Shown in pieces: positions 1 through 10,273 of a stretch of DNA of 64,000 nucleotides. Both the position numbers and the translations under genes were made by a program. This DNA comes from Hyaloraphidium curvatum SAG 235-1 (lineage: Eukaryota > Fungi > Monoblepharomycota), in contig JAIVFI010000016.1 in NCBI GenBank assembly GCA_025558095.1, positions 496,001 through 560,000 of the forward strand, given 5' to 3'. The first letter of the stretch is position 1. The number at the start of each line of letters is the position of its first letter. Under the pieces are notes generated by a model that was not told where the DNA came from, made no database searches, and was given only the letters and a program-made list of their open reading frames with translations.

Positions 1-9
1 CTGGGCCGA

Positions 10-1185
10 ATGGTGGAGGCGCAGTACCCCGCCTCGGCGCAGCCGCTGGGCTCGACGGGCGGCTTCTTGGCGAGCATCTCGCCGAAAACGGGCGAGATCG
101 ACTTCATCTCGACGGGGCTGCTGAGCCCCGTGCGCGAGTGCAAGATGATCTTCGTGGACGCGCCGAAGACGCCCAGCCAGGGCGGGAACCCGTACGGCCG
201 CCGGCGCCTCAACAGGCGGTCTGGCCCGGGAGACGGCGGCAGCGGCCCGCCGGTAATGCGCAGGGTCGAGCAGCCTGCCGGTCTGTGGGAGCACGTCCCC
301 GTCTCCCCGGGCGAGCCCGGCTACCCGTACGCCTCCTTCCCGGACTTTGACCCGCACGACGACCCGCACGGCCACCTCGCCCCGCGGCAGGCCGCCCCCA
401 AAACCGTCGCCTACGTCGTCTACCCCACCGACGTGAACCGTCTGGCGCTCATCAACGTCACCGTCACCGAGGCCACGCCGTGGTACAACCTCACCGTCAC
501 GGAGTTCTTCCCCGGGGTGGGCACCGACGGCTACGCGTACCAGAACGGCACGACGCAGCTGCAGCGCGTCGCGTTCCACTCCCTGACCGCGCGCGGCATG
601 CGCAACACCCACCACTCGGTCGACGCCTTTGCGACCGGCAGCGAGGTAAAGACCGGCACGGGGGACGGGTACCAGCCCACCCCGATCGACCCCTCCGCTG
701 CCGACGGCGCGTTCACCATCCTCGCCGCCATCTTCACCACCCTCTTTGTGTTGTTTACGTTCGGCATCGGCTACTGGAAGATGTGGGAGGCCGGCGACGG
801 GTGCTTCAAGCGGTGCCCCCGCAAAAAGCGCTCCCGCCCGCCGGGGATCCAGGCGCCGACGCCCGGGCCGGCCCCGCAGCAGGCGATGCAGGCGTACGCC
901 CCGCCGCAGGCGCAGGTGCCGGAGGACAGGGTGGCGCTGATGCACGCCGACGCGCAGTCGGTCGCGGACGGGTACGGGGGCAACGGGTACCCCCCGCAGG
1001 CGGGCAATGGGTATCCCGCGCAGGCGGGCAACGGGTACCCCCCGCAGGCCCAGCCCCAGGGGGGGAACGCGGTCTACCCCGGGGTGGAGCGGTACCTGGA
1101 AGATCCGATGCCGCGGCCGAGCGAGGACGAGTTCGAGGTGCCGACGTGGGACATGGCGGTGGACAGGCGGAGCCCGGTGCGGTAG
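10..1185 (+). CDS. Single-pass membrane protein of unknown function, probably the 3' part of a gene entering the window
   Basis: 391-aa ORF with one TM helix (AFTILAAIFTTLFVLFTFGIGYW) followed by a basic stop-transfer (KRCPRKKRSR) and a Pro/Gln/Gly-rich tail; N-x-T sites lie before the TM. Confidence 0.6.
   Translation: MVEAQYPASAQPLGSTGGFLASISPKTGEIDFISTGLLSPVRECKMIFVDAPKTPSQGGNPYGRRRLNRRSGPGDGGSGPPVMRRVEQPAGLWEHVPVSPGEPGYPYASFPDFDPHDDPHGHLAPRQAAPKTVAYVVYPTDVNRLALINVTVTEATPWYNLTVTEFFPGVGTDGYAYQNGTTQLQRVAFHSLTARGMRNTHHSVDAFATGSEVKTGTGDGYQPTPIDPSAADGAFTILAAIFTTLFVLFTFGIGYWKMWEAGDGCFKRCPRKKRSRPPGIQAPTPGPAPQQAMQAYAPPQAQVPEDRVALMHADAQSVADGYGGNGYPPQAGNGYPAQAGNGYPPQAQPQGGNAVYPGVERYLEDPMPRPSEDEFEVPTWDMAVDRRSPVR
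979..1050 (+). repeat. 24-bp coding tandem repeat x3 (GNGYP[P/A]QA)
   Basis: ggcaacgggtaccccccgcaggcg and two variants in tandem. Confidence 0.85.
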
Positions 1186-1327
1186 CGGCCGCGGGGTGCG
1201 CGTGCCAGGTGCCATCTCTATGCGCTGTATGTATGGATGCCGCGGCGCGGTCTATGTAGCCAGATGCCTCTCTTGTGCCGCATGGACCGATATCCCGCAC
1301 ACCAACCTCCGAACGCGCACCGGGCGG

Positions 1328-2347
1328 TCACGCCCCCTTCTTTGCCTCCGCTCCCACCGCATCCACCCCCCCGGGCGCCAGCATTACCGCCGCCAGCGGC
1401 GCCACGGCCGCCTGCGCCAGCCCGAACCCGAGGGCATCCCACCCCGGGTATCCCTGCAGGAGGTAGAAGGGCGCCGTGAAGGCCGCCAGCATCACACCGT
1501 TGTTGCCCTCCTCCAGCACCTCCTTGTCCTTCCCCGCCTCCGGGTCCCGGAGCAGCAACGGTTCCAGCAGCTCCCTGCTCATGCTCCGGATCCCCATGAG
1601 CGCGAAGAAGGCCTGGACCAGGTTGACGCCGGGGAGGAGCGACAGCGGGGCGGCCAGGAGGAGGAGCGTCCACTGGCCGGTCTTGTAGAGGTAGAAGGAG
1701 CCCAGGAGGGGCACGACGAGGGTGCGGATGGGGCGGTAGCCGAGGGCAAAGTGGGCCAAGAGGGAGACGGATTGGGTCTGCAGGGTCCTGGCCCCGAACA
1801 GCGCGACGGCGCGGCGGAAGGGGATCTTCTGCGATTGCGGGGCGAGGGATCGGATGCGGGAGGCTTCGGCGGACGCCGGCTTGGATGCCGATGGCGGCGG
1901 GAGGCCGGCGAAGAAGAGGGCGTCCAGCGGGGCCGAAAAGACCTGCCGCACGAAGCTGAGCCCGATTTGAGTGAACCGAGCCGTCCTGACGCGCTCTTCG
2001 AGGTTGTAGTCGCGCGGCAGCGGGATTTTGCTCATCTCCGGCATCGCCAGCACCCGTCCCGCGAGCGCATCGATCCGCCGGGCCACGGGCGGCGCGAAAT
2101 AGTACATCGCGGCCGACCCGAGGAGCAGCGGGCCCATGGAGATGAGCAGCTGGCGCCGCACATTGGGGTCTAGCAGCGCGCGGGCCGCGCCGGCGATGCC
2201 GATGACGAGGCCGCGCTGGACGGCGCGGAAGAAGGAGCGGAGGCGCTCGGCGACCGAGGCGAAGGAGATTGGGATGCCGGAACTTGCCGGAGCCGGGGAT
2301 TTCGCGTCTACGGACGCGTTCGCGTCCGTGGCGCCGGTCGACGGCAT
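1328..2347 (-). CDS. Polytopic membrane protein, possibly EI24/Rrt8-Lds-like
   Basis: Likely start MPSTGATD at 2347; several hydrophobic segments; SMSRELLEPLL resembles this family. The longer ORF-track N-terminus overlaps the SDR and is not used. Confidence 0.5.
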   Translation of the reverse strand: MPSTGATDANASVDAKSPAPASSGIPISFASVAERLRSFFRAVQRGLVIGIAGAARALLDPNVRRQLLISMGPLLLGSAAMYYFAPPVARRIDALAGRVLAMPEMSKIPLPRDYNLEERVRTARFTQIGLSFVRQVFSAPLDALFFAGLPPPSASKPASAEASRIRSLAPQSQKIPFRRAVALFGARTLQTQSVSLLAHFALGYRPIRTLVVPLLGSFYLYKTGQWTLLLLAAPLSLLPGVNLVQAFFALMGIRSMSRELLEPLLLRDPEAGKDKEVLEEGNNGVMLAAFTAPFYLLQGYPGWDALGFGLAQAAVAPLAAVMLAPGGVDAVGAEAKKGA

Positions 2348-2478
2348 CCTGTTGTTTGGGCGTCGAACGTCACTCCGCCGGAGGCGTCCGATTCTCCAAA
2401 GACTAGTATGTGGCTCAAACAAGCTGTACCCTCCGTCTGCACTACTTCCTGCTATCCAACATTGTCCCGCCCCGACGA

Positions 2479-3642
2479 TCACGCGTTGAACAAGCTCCCG
2501 TCGTCGATCACGTACCCCTGGCCGCTCAGGTACGAGCCCTCGCTCCCGGCCAGCAGCAGGGCCACGTTGGCCACCTCCTCCGGCATGGCCGCCCTCTTCA
2601 GCGCGCCGCGCTGCACCATCGAGTCTCCCGCGCCGACCGTCTGCACCGCGCCGCCGGTCTCGACCCAGCCGAGGGTTTGCGTCATGTTGGTCGCAATCAG
2701 GCCCTGGGGGAGGCGGGTGAGGCGTGAAGCAAAGATTTGTCAATGGAGAACGCACCGGATGAATCGAATTCACTCTTATCTTGAGGGGCGCCCCCAGGGC
2801 GGCTGCGGCCTGCATGTTGGCGAACGAGAGGGTGGCGAGCAGCACGTCGATCGGTCAGCAAGATGAAGGAGTCGAGCAACGCCACGCACTTTGGTGATGC
2901 CCCGCACGGCCCACTTGCTCCCAAAGTAGCCCATCGTGACCGATCCGGCCCCGCCGACCATGCCGGCGACGCTGGACGTCGTGACGATGGCCTTCCATTC
3001 CTCCACCGTGTTCTTCTTCATGCTCTTGGCGACGTGCTTGAATCCGAGCACGACGCCCATTTCGTTGACCTCCATGATCTTGCGGTAGCTGTGCTTGGAA
3101 ATCAGCTCCCGACCCGCAGCGCGGGAGCACGTCACGCACGTCGCAATGTCCAGGTTGTCCAGCGTCGGGTTCGGAACGTCATGCGGCCCCGCGATGCCCG
3201 CGTTCAGGCAGGCCACGTCCAGCACGCCCATCTCTGCCTCGATCTTTGCGATCGCGGCCTCCCACGACGCCTCGTCCGTCACGTCCAGAGGGACCCACAT
3301 CGCCACGCCCTTGCCGTGCTCGGCCTCGAGCTGCGCGACGAGCTTGAGACCGTCCTGTTCGTTGGCGGGGATGAGCGCCAGGCGTCAGTCGGAGGCTCCA
3401 GGTTGGTTCGTCGAAAGCCAGAGCCCCCAACCTGTTCCTTGGCGTGAATGTCGCTGATGATGACCTTGCCGCCCTCCCGGGCGAAAACGCGGCACATGGC
3501 GAAGCCGATGCCGACACTATTGCGGAGTGTCGAAATGGTCATTTTCCTTTTGATGATGGGAACTGCTTTCCTCGGTTACGCACGCAGAGCCGCTGCCCGT
3601 AACGAGGCAGATGCGGGGTTTGCCCGTCGAGGCATTGACCAT
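2479..3642 (-). CDS. Short-chain dehydrogenase/reductase, multi-exon
   Basis: ICLVTGSGS..GIG (split by an intron), LNAGI, YFGSK catalytic YxxxK, IRVNSIHP, C-terminal YLSGQGYVIDDG. Confidence 0.9.
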
Positions 3643-3905
3643 GCGCGGAACACGCGCGGGGGCGGCGCTGCTGGTCTCTCCGGAAGGCATTCTTTCAGTC
3701 GGGAGCTGCGTGGGTGTTTGGGAAACTGGGAGGCTCGTGGGAGACACACTTGGGCGTGGCCGGGTGTGGCGAGGATGGGCGGCGGCGGCGCCGCGTGCGC
3801 AAAGCTCGATCGATCGACCGCGACTGCCCTCGCCGGCATAGGGGCTACCCGCTCTCCGAACAGCGCCAGCGGCGCGGCGCTAGCGAATCTGCTGGAGGAA
3901 AAGCC

Positions 3906-5462
3906 ATGGGGGACGCCGACGCACCGGAGGGCGGGCGGGACCGCGTTCCGGACGGCGACGGAACAGAAGCAATGGAGGGAGCCGGCGACACGGAAAACGC
4001 AGTCGCCGCCGACGCGGAGCCCAGTTTGGACTCAATACCGGCAAAGGGCGACGGAGATTTGTTGGAGCCGATGGACGGGGCGCGGCCGGCGGCAAAGGAC
4101 GCCGGGGACGCCGACCGGATGGCGGAACGGACAACGCGGACGCTGAACGGGACACCGCCGGGGGAGGCACCGCCGCCCGGACCGGCAACGGACGTCGAAG
4201 ACGCTTCGGAGGCAACGGCGTCTGCCCGAAAAGACCTCGACGGCACGCTCCGTTCCTGGCTGGTCCTCTTCGCCGGCTTCACCGGCGGCGTATGGTCGGC
4301 CGCGCTAATCGTCGTCTGGGGCATATTCCAACGCACTCTGATCGCAGAGGATTTCCTGCCGGGGGCGACCACCTTCCAGCTTTCCTTTGTCGGTACCATC
4401 TCATCCGCGGTCGGGATAGTCGCCATCGTCTTTGTCGGGCCCCTCTCGGACGTCGTCCACCCTGCCATCCTCTTCTTCGTTGGCGCCGTCGCCTGCGCCG
4501 GCAGCCTCTTTGCCTTCTCCTACACCACCGCGCTCTGGCAGATGTACCTCTGCAGCGCCCTCTTCGGCATCGGCGGCTCCCTCATATACACCCCGGGCCT
4601 GGTCATAACCAACGCCTTCTTCTCCCGCCGTCGGCCTTTTGCCATGGGCGTGATCGCGAGCGCCACGGGGATAGGCTCCTTCATGCTCAACCCGATCGCG
4701 CAGGCCTGCATCAGCGCGGGCGGGTGGCAATTCTCAATGCGGATCCTAGCGCTGATCTGCCTCGTGTGGGCCGGCGCGGCCGCGTTCCTGCTCCGGAGAC
4801 CGTACAAGCCCGCGCGCAGTCGGCCGACGTTCGTGAACCTGAGGCTGTTCAAGAACGCCACCTTTTCGCTGCTGTTTGCGGCCATGGTGGCCATCATGTT
4901 CGTTTTGTTCTTCCCTTCGACGTACATCCCGCTGATGCTCTTTGACGGCGGCTACTCGAACGCAACCGGTGCTGCAGTGGTCACTGCATATTCCGCGGTT
5001 CTCGCGGCTGGGCGCATTCTTGGCGGCCTCATCACCATGCGCTCCGGCGAGCTCAACATGTTCCTCCTCTCGTGCCTCGTCCCCCTGGTCGCCAGCCTCC
5101 TCTGGATATCCGCCCCGACGAACCTCGCCGCCACGTGTGCCTGCAGCATCGTTTACGGCTTCTTCTGCGGGCAGCCCCTCGTCGCGATGCCGCTCATCGC
5201 CAACGCCGAGTTCGGGGCCGAGTCGCTGGGCACGGTCATGGGCTCGCTCTGGCTGTGCTTCTTCCCGGGGGAGGTCTTTGGTAACGCGCTCATCGGGCTC
5301 ATCGTCGATGCGTACACGCCCTATGCCGCCGACGGGGCGCGGCTGCCGGCAAACTACGTGCCCGCGCTCGGGTTCGTCGCGGGCATGTGGATGCTCGGCG
5401 CGATCTTCATCGGCGGGCTGCGGTTCCGCCATGTGCGGTGGACGGTGAAGGTCAAGGTGTGA
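3906..5462 (+). CDS. MFS transporter, monocarboxylate (MCT/Mch)-like
   Basis: DGTLRSWLVL N-terminal motif, FFSRRRPFAMG, about 12 TMs; intronless. Confidence 0.9.
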   Translation: MGDADAPEGGRDRVPDGDGTEAMEGAGDTENAVAADAEPSLDSIPAKGDGDLLEPMDGARPAAKDAGDADRMAERTTRTLNGTPPGEAPPPGPATDVEDASEATASARKDLDGTLRSWLVLFAGFTGGVWSAALIVVWGIFQRTLIAEDFLPGATTFQLSFVGTISSAVGIVAIVFVGPLSDVVHPAILFFVGAVACAGSLFAFSYTTALWQMYLCSALFGIGGSLIYTPGLVITNAFFSRRRPFAMGVIASATGIGSFMLNPIAQACISAGGWQFSMRILALICLVWAGAAAFLLRRPYKPARSRPTFVNLRLFKNATFSLLFAAMVAIMFVLFFPSTYIPLMLFDGGYSNATGAAVVTAYSAVLAAGRILGGLITMRSGELNMFLLSCLVPLVASLLWISAPTNLAATCACSIVYGFFCGQPLVAMPLIANAEFGAESLGTVMGSLWLCFFPGEVFGNALIGLIVDAYTPYAADGARLPANYVPALGFVAGMWMLGAIFIGGLRFRHVRWTVKVKV

Positions 5463-5592
5463 AGCGGGCGCGCGTTGCCGGTCTCCCCGCGAAAGTGGAG
5501 CGGTACCTGGACGCCTCAATGCGGTGGCGAGATGTCTGCTAAATGCATTCTGAAAATCCACGCCGTATACATCCGCACATGGCCCAACCAAG

Positions 5593-6954
5593 TCAGAACG
5601 GCCCCCTGGAAAGAACCCGGCAAGACTCGCGGTGCTCCGCGTCCCAGGCAGCGCGCTGGCACTCCGTGGAACAGTATCTCGCGAACCTGCACCTCCCGCA
5701 GCGCCGGAGCTTGTCGTCCGCGGTCTCGATCGCGAAGCACCAGTCGCACCGGTCCGAAATGTCGCCTGCGACGTCCCTGTGCGGGGTCCTCGGCGCATGC
5801 CCGGCCTCGCGGTCGAGGACCGCCTCGACGACCGCCAGATCCGCCGCGAGCCCGTCCCATTCCGCGCCCAGGTCCACGGGCCGCCCTTCGTCGTCAGCCG
5901 AAAGATCGCGGAACTGCCCAAAATCCTCGGCGTACGTGCGCAGCCTGTTGACGGCGAGGAGCAGGGGGCAGAAGCCGCCGGAGGACAGCTGTGCAGCAAC
6001 GTGCGCCCGGTACGCTGCCGGGTGCTCGGCCACGATCCTCGCCAGGAAGTGCAGGGGCCGGCGGGCGTTACCGATACCCCGGGCGAGAACCGCCGGGTAC
6101 GGCATGGGCTCGAACATGTCAGGGGGCAAGCCGGCGACTGGGGAATCCATGGTGTCCAATAACCTGCGGAAGTAGGCCGCCGGCACCGACGCCGAGTAGA
6201 GCGATCCGAGCGCCAGCATGTCGAGGAAGCCCGCGTCCCCCGCGAGCCTGCTGCGCACCGGGCGTGCGCAGCACAGAAGATCGAGGATGTCGGCGACGGT
6301 GAACAGGTACTGGCGGAAGTCCCAGTCGTAGAGCGCCTCGAAAAAGTCCTGGTGCGACCTGTGCTCCCGGGGATGCGCAGCCGCGTCCTCGGCATTCAAG
6401 CGGGCCCGGCGCTTCCCGTCGGTGTAGGTGGCCGCGATCCGCCGGAGCGCGGGAAACGACGCCACGAAGATCGAAAGGCAAAGGAGCGCCCCCACATCGG
6501 GCGGCAGCGGCGCGTCCGGCAGCGGCCCGTCGAGTGTGTAGCGCTGGAGCCACCGCCGGATCTCGTCCGGGTCGCCGCTGCCGTGCAACGAGGGCCAGGC
6601 CAGCACGCTGCGCAGGGCATTCCGGGAGCTTTCCAGGCACTTGAGACCGGGGGCCGTCGGGCCGGGCCGCATGGAAGCGATGTGGTCGAACGACCCGTCG
6701 CCCTCGACGTCCGCCGGCGTCAGGTTGAGGAAGAACCTCCTCGCAGCTTCGTGCAGATGGTTTGCCGTGTCCTCCACGAACGCATCGAGGTCGCACGCGC
6801 TCCAAGCGGCACCCGGGCCCTCGAGGTACGTACGGATCGTGTTGCGCGCCCGCGCGTCTCTCCGGCGGCGAGCGGCGCCGCTGACGGCCGCGCTGACCGG
6901 CTGCAGGTGGCCCGCATCGTGCGAGCTCTGGGCGGCGTTCGGTGCCGGGGGCAT
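5593..6954 (-). CDS. MYND-type zinc finger protein
   Basis: C-terminal CDWC...RCGRCRFARYCSTECQRAAWDAEHRESC; likely ATG at 6954 (MPPAPN). Confidence 0.85.
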   Translation of the reverse strand: MPPAPNAAQSSHDAGHLQPVSAAVSGAARRRRDARARNTIRTYLEGPGAAWSACDLDAFVEDTANHLHEAARRFFLNLTPADVEGDGSFDHIASMRPGPTAPGLKCLESSRNALRSVLAWPSLHGSGDPDEIRRWLQRYTLDGPLPDAPLPPDVGALLCLSIFVASFPALRRIAATYTDGKRRARLNAEDAAAHPREHRSHQDFFEALYDWDFRQYLFTVADILDLLCCARPVRSRLAGDAGFLDMLALGSLYSASVPAAYFRRLLDTMDSPVAGLPPDMFEPMPYPAVLARGIGNARRPLHFLARIVAEHPAAYRAHVAAQLSSGGFCPLLLAVNRLRTYAEDFGQFRDLSADDEGRPVDLGAEWDGLAADLAVVEAVLDREAGHAPRTPHRDVAGDISDRCDWCFAIETADDKLRRCGRCRFARYCSTECQRAAWDAEHRESCRVLSRGPF

Positions 6955-7129
6955 CGTGGCGGGCGGAGTCGAGGACGCGGACCGAGCGTGGTGTTTAATG
7001 GCCACGTCATCATCTGCAGCCGGGGCTCCGCGTTCCAGGGCTCCACAACACTCGACAACAACTGACAACCGCGAGAGCGGGATCCGCCGTTCCTCCCGCT
7101 CCCATACCTCTGCCGCTCAAGCATTGAAG

Positions 7130-10100
7130 ATGAGCGGCGCGCCGGACCCGCCCGGCGCCGCGGACGCGCCGGAGCCGACCACTCTCGAGCGGCTCGCGGC
7201 GGCGCTCCGGTCGACGCTGCCCGAGATGCGGCTGCCCGACGTGCGGATCCCTTTCCTCGCGACCACGCCGCCCGACGAGCCCGCCGAGGACGCGGCGGCC
7301 GCCGCGAGGAGGAGGGCAAAGGAGCGCCGCGCGTCGCGCAACAACGACCCCGCGCTGCCGGCCCACTTCCTGCAGGGAGCCAACGAAGGCGCGGATATTG
7401 AGCCTGGAGAGGACGCGGAAGAGGCCTGCGAGGAGCTGCAGACGCTGGACAGGGGCGAGTCGTGGGGGAAGAGGGAGGTCGCGGACCAGGACGCTGCCAG
7501 GGATGCGGAGTTAGACTCGCAAGCGGACGCACCTCTCCTGGACGAGGAGCCCCGCCGGACGTCGCTGGAGGACGCTGGAGTCGTGCACGATGGGGCAAGG
7601 CCTGCTGCCGACGCCCGGGGAACGCCCGACGGGGCGCGGAGGCGGACACGGGACATGTCGGCACCCAACGCCCGCGAACGGACACCGGACCGCGGCACAG
7701 TCCCGCGCAAACCGCTCACGCCGGACGAGCACCGCCGGCTGCAGGACACCTACGTGGTTCTGGAGACCTCCCCCGCCCCGCACGCCTCCATGTCGGCGCA
7801 CCGCTTCCGCGCCTTCCCCGCGGACCGCCCGATTCCCGCACCCCCCGTGGGCCGTCTGCACCTCTTCGTCCTCGAGCTGAGCCTCCCCACCCTGGTCCCG
7901 CCCCCGCAGACGCCCTACGTGCGGCTGCGCATGGCCGACCAGAACTTCGACACGTGCGTCTCCTCCCGCCCCTCGGGCCTGTGGAACGAAGGCTTCGAGT
8001 TCCGCGTGCCGTACCACCTGCAGCTCTTTGGCACCGTCGTCCTGGACGTGTACCAGGGCAACGCAATCGCCATGGACCAGTGGGTCGGGCGGTGCGAGGT
8101 GCGCCTGGACGAGCTCGAGGGGCTGCCGCGGACGTACGAGTCGTGGTTCGAACTCTGGGGCCGCGTGTCCAACCCCGGGACGGCGCACGCCAGGGGCGAG
8201 GTGCCGTTGCTCTCGTTCGGCCCGCCGGCGGGGCTCGCGTCGGGGTTGGTCCCGCTGCACGCGAGGCTGGCCGAGGCCCGGGGGCTCGGCAGGATCGGCG
8301 CTCTCAGGCTGCGGATCGTGTACCAGTGGCAGCCGCTGGAACCCCCCCGGCGCGCCCCGCGCGGGGCCGACAACCCCGCGCGCGCGCGGTCCGCGTCGGG
8401 AAGCCCCCCGCGCGGCGGCGCGTCGGGCCCGCTCTCCCCCGCCGACTCGGAGCCCTCCTCCCCCCTTCACGGCGACGGTCGCGCCCGCCCTCCTTCCCCG
8501 CACGCGCAGACAGAAGAGGACCTCTTCTTCCCCGAGCTCCTCTACGACGAGTCCCAGGAATCCCCCCCCGGCTCCTCGCCGGACCTCCTCGGCCGCCTCA
8601 CCGAGTCGCTCGTCGGCGGGCGGGACAACCTCCGCCTCGTCCAGGCCATCCGCGCCTTGCTCGCCTCTGCGGGGCAGGGCATCGAGGAGTACCTCGGCAG
8701 CCCGTCGCTCCTGTCGGGCCTGCTGCTGCTGCGGAGGTTTCACGCGAGCCTGCCGCCCCCGGAGCCGAGGAGGGAAAGGATGGTCAGGGCGCTGGGGGTG
8801 ATCGAGGAGCTCAAGTGGTCGTGGCGGTTCGCGATGGCGGCGTACGGGTGGGTCGGGCTGGGGTTCCAGGCGGGCGCGAGCGGGGCGAGCATCAAGAGTG
8901 GGTTCCCCTCCTGCTTCCGCCCCTGGTCTCGCTGACCGGTCCGTGCCTGCCGCAGCTCCTTCGGCAAACCACCACGCGCACCTTCTGCAGAAGAACCCGG
9001 ATGCGGCGTCGATCGTCGAGTTCCTGCGCATACCGCGCGAGGACCTGATCGAGAGCGAGGTCAGGTCCGCAGGCGTCTTTGCGCCGTTCCACTACCTGTG
9101 CGTGGACCGCATGCGCGAGGAGCTGGTGCTCGCCATCCGTGGCTCCCTGGTGAGACGGTGCGACACCGCGATATGGAAAACGGTCTGACCGCCCATCTCG
9201 CAGTCGGCCCGCGACGTCCTCACCGACCTCACCTCCTTCTACACCCGCTGGAACGGCGGCCTCGCGCACCACGGCATCCTCCGCTCCGCTCTCTCCTTCC
9301 GCCGCACCCTGGCCCCCACCCTGCCTCCGCTCATGCGCCGCCTCGGCCTCTCCAAGCTCCGCGTGGTCGGCCACTCCCTCGGCGGCGGCACCGCCACCCT
9401 GCTCACGATGATGCTCCTGGACGACCGCGCCGCGCTGTGGCCGCCGGCGCAGTGGCCCGGCGGGGTCGAGATACGGTGCGACGCGTTCGGGACGCCGCAC
9501 GCGGCGAGCGAGGAGGTGTGCAGGAGGGAGGAGTACCTGGAGTGCATACGGACGGTCGTGTGCGGGTGGGATTTCTTCGCAAGGGCGTCGTACGGGAGCG
9601 TGGAGGACCTCAAGAGCATGGTGGTGGCGGCGGTCGAGGCCGCGGGAGGTGACGGGCATCTGAAGGAGGTGTGGAAGTGGCTCTCGTCAGAGACCACGCT
9701 CAGCGGTGGGTTTCCTTTCGCTGGCATTCGATCCGGCGCACGGCTGACGTCGCCGGGGCAGACGAGGACCCCAAGTTCGCCGCGCTCGCGCAGATCCGCG
9801 CCGCCCTCGGCCTCGGCACCCCCGGCCGGCCGCGCAACAGGAAGCTCTGGCCCCCGGGCACGATCTACTTCCTGCACAAGCCGCCGGCCGAGGACCGGGT
9901 TGACGCCAAGGCCGGCGACGGCGTCGAGCGGCGCCAGGGAGGAGGCTGGGTCATGGAGCGCGTGGGCGGGGACGAGCTCGAGGAGATTGTGCTGCGGCCT
10001 AGGTGAGCTCGATGGGCAGCGGAGCATCGCGGTTGGCTGACGTTCCGCTCATAAGCATGCTCGTCGACCACTTCCCGTCAACTTACGACTTTGCCATCGA

Positions 10101-10212
10101 GCAGGTGCACTACGACGCGCTGCGTTTCAACGGCTACGTCCCAAAGGACGACCCGTCGGCGGCGGCTGTCGGCGAAGAGGTGGAGATGAAGGAGATTCCG
10201 AAGCGTTCTTGA
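7130..10212 (+). CDS. C2 domain + class 3 lipase (DAG-lipase-like), about 5 exons
   Basis: C2 elements (PYVRL..WNEGFEF..DQWVGRCEV); LVLAIRGS, AHHGIL, GHSLGGG nucleophile elbow, LWPPGTIY, MLVDHFPSTY; introns near 8898, 9149-9203, 9706 and 10002. Confidence 0.85.
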
Positions 10213-10273
10213 TCAAGGCTTGATTGCACTTTGTACACAACCACCTGGAATCGCGGGTATCACGTTACACGCT

